Virus record (IMG/VR): IMGVR_UViG_3300037541_000522
Location: 33,812 to 97,811 of that record
Reading direction: 5' to 3' (one strand)
DNA length: 64,000 nt
Source: a virus
The position numbers and the translations under genes are program-made. Under the pieces are notes generated by a model that was not told the DNA's origin, did not search any database, and saw nothing but the letters and a program-made list of their open reading frames with translations. Shown piece by piece: positions 36,653 through 44,296 of the stretch (the stretch's first letter is position 1; each line of letters starts with the position of its first letter).

Positions 36653-36979
36653 TTAGATAGGCTTGGAATTGGCAAGCGCATCAAAAATCGCCTTCAGCGC
36701 GCGCTTGTTCGCTTTGGTAAGCGAGTCGGTATCAGCTTCGCTCAGGTTCAGAATTCGACCGATAGCATCCGCAGTCATATCCTTTTTCTGAACGGGTTCG
36801 CCGGTTTTCGTGGTATAAACCTTTTTCTGGTAAACACCCTCGCGCGACAATTTTGCCACAATCGAACGAACCGATTTGCCGAGATTTTCGGCAATGCTTT
36901 CCACGGTAACACCCGCGAGATAATCCGCGACAACCTGCGCGGTTTGCTCGGGAGTGTAGTTCACGGCTTTTTCTGCCAT
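36653..36979 (-). CDS. T5 A2-like protein (paralog 3)
   Basis: MAEKAVNYTPEQT, KSVRSIVAKLSREGVYQKK, DSLTKANK. Confidence 0.8.
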   Translation of the reverse strand: MAEKAVNYTPEQTAQVVADYLAGVTVESIAENLGKSVRSIVAKLSREGVYQKKVYTTKTGEPVQKKDMTADAIGRILNLSEADTDSLTKANKRALKAIFDALANSKPI

Positions 36980-37128
36980 TTTGCTACCCTTCACAGTTTT
37001 GGCAAGCGCCCCATGCACCCGCCACAGAAAAGATTCTACACGAAAATCTAGCCCTGCGCCCTGGGCAAGCGATTGTATTTTTTAATCGACTAGGCGACCC
37101 CGATAGAAAAATATTTTGTAGAAAACCC

Positions 37129-37252
37129 TTGACACGGGCAAATTTTATATGATAAAATTTGGCGCCAGCAAGGTGTGATGTTATAACATCACACGGGTGT
37201 GATGTTATAACATCACATAGGCCTGGCAAAGTAAAACCCCTTTCGGGGTTTT
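37129..37252 (+). promoter_or_regulatory. repeat module: promoter-palindrome + tandem Zur-box palindromes + terminator
   Basis: TTGACA-N18-TAAAAT, GGCGCC, 2x TGTGATGTTATAACATCACA, AAAACCCC-TTTC-GGGGTTTT. Confidence 0.7.
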
Positions 37253-37254
37253 AT

Positions 37255-37599
37255 TTATTTATTGAATCCTGCAATATTAACCTGATAATGTCGCCGGAAA
37301 TATTTTCGCCACCGATCAAAATAACCTGATGGAGAATGATTTACTGGAAGATTATTTTCAGATTGCCAAGCGTGAATATATTCATGCACAATGGTTGCAA
37401 ATAATTCCATGGGATTCCAGATTTCAGCGCGTGAAACTTGGATTAGGTGATAATCGAATTCATCTTCCCATAATCCTACACAATAAACACCGCCGAGATT
37501 TATAGTCTTGCAAACCTGTAAAACTACGGGTTTGCGGATTTGAATTTCGGTTTCCGCAATTCGCTGGAATAGTTCAATGTCTGATTTGTGAAACTTCAT
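37255..37599 (-). CDS. HExxH zinc-metalloprotease-like protein
   Basis: ATIVHEYIHAWQ...H. Confidence 0.7.
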   Translation of the reverse strand: MKFHKSDIELFQRIAETEIQIRKPVVLQVCKTINLGGVYCVGLWEDEFDYHLIQVSRAEIWNPMELFATIVHEYIHAWQSENNLPVNHSPSGYFDRWRKYFRRHYQVNIAGFNK

Positions 37600-37850
37600 T
37601 TTCTGGTATCCTCAATTTTGAAAAAAATCATTACCGCAAGGCAAAGCGAATTAAATAGATAATTGCCCAGCAAAATCCAGTCTTGTTTAGGCCAAATATA
37701 AATAATGGTGAATATCTCGCCAATTGCCCAAAGGATTAAAAACATCCACGACAAACCCTCAGCGGATCGTTTACGGTAGCATTCGACAACCTGTGGAATT
37801 GCACAGGTTGCAAATGCAACCGATCCGATAATACCGATTGCATCCGACAT
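37596..37850 (-). CDS. PQ-loop/SemiSWEET-like 3-TM membrane protein
   Basis: IPQVVECYRKRSAEGLS plus three TM helices. Confidence 0.8.
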   Translation of the reverse strand: MSDAIGIIGSVAFATCAIPQVVECYRKRSAEGLSWMFLILWAIGEIFTIIYIWPKQDWILLGNYLFNSLCLAVMIFFKIEDTRK

Positions 37851-37852
37851 AA

Positions 37853-38554
37853 TTAAATTGCCTTAAAGTGATTTTTGACCTGAAAATCGTACCATGTATG
37901 CGCTTTAAGATTATCGCGCCATTGTTTGCGCTTGATAATACTGGTCAGGATGGGCAATTCAAAATCGCGCGCATCCTCGATAGCGGTATGGGGTTCAATC
38001 TTAAATTCACCCTGAATAAATCCGCATACTGCCTCAGCGGTAGTCTTAAAAGACATATTACCCTTATCAGTCGGCGGATTAAATAAGTGATTCTCTAAAC
38101 AGAATTGACGATATTTGCGAGTTCCGCAAATATTACCGATTGCCGCTTGCCACAGGCAAAACCGATCCGTGAATAGGTCAAGATCAATCGCAGTATTGCG
38201 ACATTTACCCTCATCAAAGTTTAGATTATATGCCGTGAGAATAGGATTATATTTGCCTACCGCAAGCGCAAGCCAGCGATTAATTGCCGCAACTGATGCA
38301 AGCATACGCGCGCCAGAATCTAGCATGGCGACATATTGTGCTTCACGTTTACGCAAACCCGCAAAACCCCAAATATCTGATTTGTTTTTGTCGTGGAATA
38401 GAGTCTTATCCCCATATTCACCGCGAACCAGAACAGCACATTGTGTGAAAATCTTACCCTCACGATCAACAATTACCGCGCCAAAATCGGCCACGGTATC
38501 ATTAATCGTTGTCTCAGTGTCAACGATACAAAAAAACTGCTTGCGAGCCATCAT
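37853..38554 (-). CDS. DEDDh 3'-5' exonuclease
   Basis: IVDTETT, AYNLNFD, HTAIEDA. Confidence 0.85.
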   Translation of the reverse strand: MMARKQFFCIVDTETTINDTVADFGAVIVDREGKIFTQCAVLVRGEYGDKTLFHDKNKSDIWGFAGLRKREAQYVAMLDSGARMLASVAAINRWLALAVGKYNPILTAYNLNFDEGKCRNTAIDLDLFTDRFCLWQAAIGNICGTRKYRQFCLENHLFNPPTDKGNMSFKTTAEAVCGFIQGEFKIEPHTAIEDARDFELPILTSIIKRKQWRDNLKAHTWYDFQVKNHFKAI

Positions 38555-38715
38555 CTACCCTTTACCGGAAAGCGCCGGAAATCGCGCGCGGCAATTGCCA
38601 CACCCAGATTCTAGCACAGAATCCAGCCCCATGCAAAAAATTCTAGTGGGGCAAACCCTTGTGTACAAAATACGACACGGGCCAGGTTTTGTTACAATTA
38701 TTTACAATTTGGTCC

Positions 38716-38853
38716 TTGACACCGGCCCAATTTTAATAGTAAAATTGGCGCCAGCATGGTGTGATGTTATAACATAACATTGTTTCATGTGAAACAATGT
38801 TATGTTATAACATCACATGGCCTGGGCAAAATAATAGGGGCGTATGCCCCTAT
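38716..38853 (+). promoter_or_regulatory. repeat module with a 58-bp palindrome: Zur boxes flanking a parS-like site
   Basis: 28-bp perfect arms 38760-38817; centre TGTTTCATGTGAAACA (38781-38796). Confidence 0.7.
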
Positions 38854-38965
38854 CGTCCTTCAACCCATTGCCACATTACGGGTTCCTCCTCAAGGTATTC
38901 GCGCGCCCTGTATCGAGAGGTTGTTACCAGATGACCGACCAGTAGGAAGCAAAAGGCAGTTTTCA

Positions 38966-39439
38966 TTAGTGTCCCTGCTTGCTTGGAATGTAAACTCCAC
39001 GGATACCGAAACGGTCGCAGACTGCTTTAAGGTAGTCCACATTATCCTCATAAAAAACAACATCGTCAGTCTGGAAGTTGACAAGGTTGAAAAACTTTGC
39101 TAGTCCACCGATTTTGAGGGTTCGACCTGATTGCGTATCGCCCTGTTTACGCGAAACGATATAATCGGGTTCGCCTAGAGTGTCGCGGATAAATTCTCGA
39201 TCCGGTTCGCCTAGTACGCGCGCAGTCGCAATTATGGTATACGTTTCAGGATCGTCAAGGTCTTGCCAGTATTCTTCGACCAGCGGTAAGAGTGAATCGT
39301 CAAGCGCGCGGTATTCATTCTCGCGCCAGTAGTCTAGGTCGATACGCTCGCCACGCTCATCGATGACGGTCCGGTAACGATGCAGCGAGCATACAATGGT
39401 TCCGTCCATGTCGTAAATTCTAACGCGCTTGATTGCCAT
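38966..39439 (-). CDS. HAD-family phosphatase (possible functional analogue of T5 dmp)
   Basis: YDMDGT motif I, ATAR motif II, K, FYEDN motif IV. Confidence 0.8.
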   Translation of the reverse strand: MAIKRVRIYDMDGTIVCSLHRYRTVIDERGERIDLDYWRENEYRALDDSLLPLVEEYWQDLDDPETYTIIATARVLGEPDREFIRDTLGEPDYIVSRKQGDTQSGRTLKIGGLAKFFNLVNFQTDDVVFYEDNVDYLKAVCDRFGIRGVYIPSKQGH

Positions 39440-39780
39440 TATTTTAATTCCATTGTGTGAAAGGGTTTCGGTTCATACCCTAGAGTATACATGATTTCCT
39501 GCCATGGTTTGCCGTGATGCCGCTTATATTTTCGCCATCCGTTCAGGCAGTAGTCGATATAATGTGCAGTCTCATGGGTGAGAATTTGCCCCATCATTTC
39601 ACGCCGGTATTCGCGCAAGTATGGGCCGCTGAGGGTAATCTCGCCAGTCTCCACAATGCACAAGCCAGCGGTACGGGTTAGCCGTTCCGAGATTTTGAAG
39701 GTTGGCGGGTTGTGCAATTCCAGTTCCGGCCAAATCCGGCAAGCATCTTGCCAAGGTTTTAAGAGCGGGTTTGAGTTCAT
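39439..39780 (-). CDS. SprT-like metalloprotease
   Basis: RLTRTAG, LTHETAH, HGKPWQEIM. Confidence 0.85.
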   Translation of the reverse strand: MNSNPLLKPWQDACRIWPELELHNPPTFKISERLTRTAGLCIVETGEITLSGPYLREYRREMMGQILTHETAHYIDYCLNGWRKYKRHHGKPWQEIMYTLGYEPKPFHTMELK

Positions 39781-39883
39781 GAGTAAGATAGTACAGGAAA
39801 ATCGCGCCTAGTGCAAGCCAGGTGCCATTGTATTTTTCTATCGACACGCTCACGCCCATAGAAAAATTTTTTTGCAAAAACCC

Positions 39884-39955
39884 TTGACACCCGCCAATTT
39901 TATATGATAAAATTGGCGCCCAGGTGTTGCGTTTCCGCAACACCTGGGTTTACCC
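39884..39955 (+). promoter_or_regulatory. repeat module with TGT-N12-ACA palindrome
   Basis: TTGACA-N18-TAAAAT, GGCGCC, CCCAGGTGTTGCG-TTTC-CGCAACACCTGGG. Confidence 0.65.
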
Positions 39956-40284
39956 TAGTTTACGTCACCCTTGACAAATCGCAAAAAGTTCAGAGCAACT
40001 TCCAGCGTAGTCTCTCCGGGCATACGGGGAAACGAAACCGTTTCACCCTGAAAAGCCCGTTCCATTGCCAGAATCTCACCCTTGATCGGGTCATAGGCAT
40101 CGAAGTCTGCACAATAGGCAACTGCGATTTTAACCCAGTTCACGGAATTCCGGCTCCATGATTCAGGCACACTGGGACGAACCGCGACGGTAATTCCGTC
40201 CTCAACATCATAAACCAGCGAGCCACCTTCTCCCTCAAGGTCGGACAGAAGATTACGCCGTAAAACTTGATCCCATTTTTTCAT
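39955..40284 (-). CDS. hypothetical pre-early protein
   Basis: Start MKKWDQ. Confidence 0.6.
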   Translation of the reverse strand: MKKWDQVLRRNLLSDLEGEGGSLVYDVEDGITVAVRPSVPESWSRNSVNWVKIAVAYCADFDAYDPIKGEILAMERAFQGETVSFPRMPGETTLEVALNFLRFVKGDVN

Positions 40285-40308
40285 GATAAACCCTTTCAAG
40301 GTTAAGTT

Positions 40309-40539
40309 TCAGAGCCAGACCAAAACAAATTCTTCGTCGTAAGATACAGGCAAATCAGGAAAGTTATGCTCATCGAGCCAATCGTGTATATAGTACACAA
40401 ATTCCTGAGCATCGTGCGTGCTTGAGAACGATACCGCAACAGCCTTGCGATCCTTGTGAAGTGCAAGGTTATCGATGCCAGCCCAAATCGCGCCACATTG
40501 CATGGCATGGTCAACTATCATTTGAGGATCGTTCATCAT
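40309..40539 (-). CDS. hypothetical pre-early protein
   Basis: Start MMNDPQ, after promoter TTGCAC-N17-TATAAT. Confidence 0.55.
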   Translation of the reverse strand: MMNDPQMIVDHAMQCGAIWAGIDNLALHKDRKAVAVSFSSTHDAQEFVYYIHDWLDEHNFPDLPVSYDEEFVLVWL

Positions 40540-40642
40540 TTTGTTGCCTTGTGTTTTGTCCATGTAGAGAATTATACAGGTTTTTGGGGATTGTGCAACC
40601 CAGGGCATATAAGGAAAACCCTAATGACCAAAAAACCACGCT

Positions 40643-40759
40643 GTTACAAATTGTTACAATTAAATGCTTGACACGGGCCAAAATTATATGATATAATTTT
40701 GGCGCCAGCGTGTTGTAAAAATACAACACGCTCCCAGGCCTCGGGGCTTGCGCCCCGAG
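40643..40759 (+). promoter_or_regulatory. repeat module with GTTACA direct repeat and TGT-N12-ACA palindrome
   Basis: GTTACA-N4-GTTACA, TTGACA-N18-TATAAT, GGCGCC, AGCGTGTTGTA-AAAA-TACAACACGCT. Confidence 0.65.
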
Positions 40760-40769
40760 CCGTAGTGTG

Positions 40770-41090
40770 CTACGCCTTGCTGCGGATAAACTCCGCAATC
40801 GCAGCAAGCGCGCGCTTGTTTGCTTTGGCAAGTGAATCGGTATCCCCTTCTGAAAGGTTCAGTGCCTTGCCGATCATATCAGCGTGCTCATCCTTTTTGA
40901 CGGGAGCCTCGCCCGTTTTGGTTGTGTATTCCTTTTTCTGGTATACACCCTCGCGGGACAGTTTAGCAACAATCGACCGAACCGATTTGCCCATTGCCTT
41001 GGCAATATCCTCAACCTGTACCCCAGCCTTGTAATCGGCCACAAGTTTAAGGGTTTGTTCCGAAGTGTAGTTCGCAGTCTTTTCAGCCAT
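40770..41090 (-). CDS. T5 A2-like protein (paralog 4)
   Basis: MAEKTANYTSEQT, KSVRSIVAKLSREGVYQKK, DSLAKANKRAL. Confidence 0.8.
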   Translation of the reverse strand: MAEKTANYTSEQTLKLVADYKAGVQVEDIAKAMGKSVRSIVAKLSREGVYQKKEYTTKTGEAPVKKDEHADMIGKALNLSEGDTDSLAKANKRALAAIAEFIRSKA

Positions 41091-41093
41091 GAT

Positions 41094-41279
41094 TTATTCC
41101 CCTTTGTCAATAAATGAAATTCCAAGCAAGCCAGCAGCAAAGCCAGCAAGTGCCAGCATTACGCTGGTAAGCCAGTATACCACAGAACCAGTCGCGGGTA
41201 TCTGGTCAAGCCCGCCGGCTACGCCGGCAAGCAACACAATCCCAAAAAACACAAGCCCAAAACCTAACGCGCTTTTCAT
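41094..41279 (-). CDS. small 2-TM membrane protein
   Basis: Two hydrophobic helices. Confidence 0.6.
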   Translation of the reverse strand: MKSALGFGLVFFGIVLLAGVAGGLDQIPATGSVVYWLTSVMLALAGFAAGLLGISFIDKGE

Positions 41280-41286
41280 ATTAGCC

Positions 41287-41439
41287 TCAATAAAGATTGT
41301 AATTCATAACGTGGAAGATACGGCAACCCTTGTGCATTGCCTTGACAAGCCCGCAAGCATCTTGCTCGCTTTGAGCCTGTAGTGTAACAGAACCTTGCTT
41401 GCCTTGCAAGTAGTAACTGATTGTATAGGTGTTCCGCAT
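41287..41439 (-). CDS. small hypothetical protein (first pre-early gene)
   Basis: Start MRNTYTISYY, after a TTGCAC...TATAAT promoter. Confidence 0.5.
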   Translation of the reverse strand: MRNTYTISYYLQGKQGSVTLQAQSEQDACGLVKAMHKGCRIFHVMNYNLY

Positions 41440-41686
41440 TGTGCTTCCAGGGTTGTGTGCTTCGATGTGTTTAATTATACAGGGTTGAAAATTTTGTGCA
41501 AGCATTGAATTGTAACAATTTGTAACAGCGCCAGGCCTTGTGATGTTATAACGTAACAGGGGCGGTTTTTTGACTTGACAAACCAAAAAATCTGAGCGCC
41601 CACCCACGCGTGTAACACCAAGGAAAATTTACCCATTGACCCTAAACCGCTAAACGTGTTACACTTTAAAAAACTACAGGATCACC

Positions 41687-42154
41687 ATGAACCAACTACC
41701 CACCGACACCATCAACATAAGCCCCGAATTATTGGAGGTGGCTAATCTCTACCTAGAACACCAAAACACCCAGGAGGTAGCCACTGTCCTCCAGCTAGAA
41801 CCCCACGACGTTGCCCAGATCCTAAAGCGTCCAGATGTGAAATCCTACATTAACCAGGTATTCTTCGACTTAGGCTTCAACAACCGGTTTCGTATGCGCC
41901 GTGCCATGGACGCACTTATTAGTCAAAAGTTTCAGGAGCTGGAGGAGTCGCAAACGGGCAGCACCAAAGACATATCGGAACTACTTGCACTCTCACACAA
42001 AATGAGCATGGAATTGCTAGACCGTGAGATTCAGCTGGAGAAATTACGGCAAGGTGGGCCTAAAAATCAGGTTAATGTGCAGATCAACGAGGGCGGTGAC
42101 GGTACACGATATGGCCAGCTAATCCAGAAATTGCTGGGAGACAAACTTGCTTAA
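41687..42154 (+). CDS. terS: terminase small subunit
   Basis: ISPELLEVANLYL HTH; position before terL. Confidence 0.85.
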   Translation: MNQLPTDTINISPELLEVANLYLEHQNTQEVATVLQLEPHDVAQILKRPDVKSYINQVFFDLGFNNRFRMRRAMDALISQKFQELEESQTGSTKDISELLALSHKMSMELLDREIQLEKLRQGGPKNQVNVQINEGGDGTRYGQLIQKLLGDKLA

Positions 42155-43460
42155 GGTGTCGAGACCCGATGTAGAGTGGGACGGCATTCAAGAATTCGAC
42201 CCACATACCCGTTTTATTAAACTACCAATCGAAAACTATCTTAAGCTCATCGGAGCTTGGGATCAGCTAAACCGCGCGCAGCTGGCACTAATCAATGCGG
42301 TCAACAATCCACAATACCGTTTTGTTGTAGCCGCACTAGCACGCCGTCTAGGCAAAACCTATATTGCAAATATCATTGCGCAACTAGTAAGCCTAGTGCC
42401 AAACTGCAATGTCCTAGTGATCAGTCCCAACTATAATCTGTCCAGCATTAGTTTTGAACTGCAACGCAGGTTTATCAAACACTTTGAGTTGGAGGTGGAG
42501 CGGGATAACCTAAAGGACCGGGTAATTGAGCTGAGCAACGGGTCTACAGTCAGGATGGGTTCGCTGTCCACAGTAGATAGCACAGTTGGTAGATCGTACC
42601 AGCTTATACTCTTTGACGAGGCTGCCTTAGGCGACGGCGGTGAGGAGGCATTTAATATCCAGCTGCGTCCGACCCTAGACCGGGTAGATGCTAAAGCTAT
42701 ATTTATCTCCACACCTCGTGGCAAGCAAAACTGGTTCTCCCGATTCTGGGATCGTGGGTTCTCGGCAGAATTTCCGGAGTGGTGTTCACTCTGGGCAGAT
42801 TATGAAGAAAATCCCAGGATGAGCCCTAAAGATATTGAAGAAGCCCGCAGGTCTATGAGCAAGCAGGAGTTTGAGCAGGAATACCTTGCGTCATTCACTA
42901 CATTTGAGGGTCAGATTTATGAGTTACGGGATGATAACATCGTGCCTTGGGACCCCAAACTGCAGCTGGATCAGAGTACTCAGTTTATTGCGGGCTGCGA
43001 CCCGGGATACCGAGACCCCACAGCCTTCCTAGTAGTAGCCTACCTGCCGGATCCACGTGATGCAGGCGAGGATAGGTTCTGGGTTATACGTGAGTACGAG
43101 GAGGCCGAGCAGACTACCCAGTATCATGCCCAACAGATTAAAAACATGGCAGACGAGTTCCAGATTGAACTAATCTTTATAGATAGTGCGGCAGCACAGT
43201 TTGCTCAAGACCTTGCCTACCAGTATGATATTCCGACTGTGCGTGCTCGTAAAGATGTACTTCCCGGCATCGCGTACGTGCAAACCCTAGTCGCACAGGG
43301 TAAGCTATGGGTAGATCCGGGCTGTACCAAGACCGTAGAGGCACTCAACCAGTACAAGTGGGATGATCGCGAGGGGCTTACACGTGAGAAGCCTAAGCAT
43401 GATCGGTACTCTCACCTTATGGATGCGCTCCGCTACTGCTTATACTCGTTTACTAGATAA
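42147..43460 (+). CDS. terL: terminase large subunit
   Basis: ARRLGKT, LILFDEAA, FISTPRG, GCDPG, HLMDALRY. Confidence 0.95.
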   Translation: MLKVSRPDVEWDGIQEFDPHTRFIKLPIENYLKLIGAWDQLNRAQLALINAVNNPQYRFVVAALARRLGKTYIANIIAQLVSLVPNCNVLVISPNYNLSSISFELQRRFIKHFELEVERDNLKDRVIELSNGSTVRMGSLSTVDSTVGRSYQLILFDEAALGDGGEEAFNIQLRPTLDRVDAKAIFISTPRGKQNWFSRFWDRGFSAEFPEWCSLWADYEENPRMSPKDIEEARRSMSKQEFEQEYLASFTTFEGQIYELRDDNIVPWDPKLQLDQSTQFIAGCDPGYRDPTAFLVVAYLPDPRDAGEDRFWVIREYEEAEQTTQYHAQQIKNMADEFQIELIFIDSAAAQFAQDLAYQYDIPTVRARKDVLPGIAYVQTLVAQGKLWVDPGCTKTVEALNQYKWDDREGLTREKPKHDRYSHLMDALRYCLYSFTR

Positions 43461-43491
43461 TAATTATAACATAACTAGAAGGATTACACAA

Positions 43492-43803
43492 GTGAAAAAA
43501 TTTATTCTTGTTGCGGGATTGGTTTCCAGCGCGGCAGTGGCCCAAGATTTTGGGTATGTACAAACTCCTGTACTATGTGGCCCTTTTAGTCGGTTCTTAG
43601 AGGTAGTAGGTGACAAAGATATTGCTGAGCAACCATGGTGGCGTGGGCAAAATTTGGAGGCCAACTCTAGTTATCTTATATTTAAAAACCCTAAAACTGA
43701 TGCTTGGACGCTAGTTATAGTACATAAAAGTACAGCATGTTTACTAGGAGTAGGTACTGTAAGTGAAACGTACACTACCCCCAAGACTGAAAATGTGCAT
43801 TGA
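43492..43803 (+). CDS. exported hypothetical protein
   Basis: Signal peptide (M)KKFILVAGLVSSAAVAQ; two Cys. Confidence 0.6.
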   Translation: MKKFILVAGLVSSAAVAQDFGYVQTPVLCGPFSRFLEVVGDKDIAEQPWWRGQNLEANSSYLIFKNPKTDAWTLVIVHKSTACLLGVGTVSETYTTPKTENVH

Positions 43804-43837
43804 CTTATAGCTGCCCCGGTGGTATAATACTAACATT

Positions 43838-44296
43838 ATGGCAAAAAATACTCAAAAACGTATACCTGTAAAATGGATCCGAGACCGTGCCAAGGGTGCT
43901 TACCAAAAGCAATCCACTTGCTGGGTTTGTGGAACCAACCAAGACCTTGAACTACACCATACCCACAGTATTACCCTACTCCTTGAACGCTGGTGCCAAC
44001 AACTGGGCATCGAGCTGGATACGGATGATGAGGTACTTAGGGTACGGGATCAGTTCATTAGTGAGCATCACCGTGAGCTGTACGAACTAGTGTACACACT
44101 ATGTAATCCACACCACGTTCGCTTACACCAGATATTTGGCAAAGCGCCTGGTCTGGGTACTGCTCAAAAACAGCAGCATTGGTTGGAACTGCAGCGTCAG
44201 AAACAGAGTGGTGAAGTTTTCCAGCAGCCTACGTGGGGATCTCCGTTTAGTGAGTTTACCAGTGGAGATAGCCGTGGGAATAAAACAATTTTTTAG
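43838..44296 (+). CDS. HNH nicking endonuclease (T5-like, upstream of portal)
   Basis: KWIRD, CWVCG, LELHH, TLCNPHH. Confidence 0.85.
   Translation: MAKNTQKRIPVKWIRDRAKGAYQKQSTCWVCGTNQDLELHHTHSITLLLERWCQQLGIELDTDDEVLRVRDQFISEHHRELYELVYTLCNPHHVRLHQIFGKAPGLGTAQKQQHWLELQRQKQSGEVFQQPTWGSPFSEFTSGDSRGNKTIF

Noticed and set aside
36343-36660. 105-aa plus-strand ORF with ARILL repeats
   Set aside because: Translation of the sigma54-site repeats; no RBS or protein features
38115-38777. 220-aa plus-strand ORF
   Set aside because: Antisense to the DEDDh exonuclease, which has clear catalytic motifs
36515-40759. Hairpin modules as retron msr-msd or DGR elements
   Set aside because: No reverse transcriptase in the window
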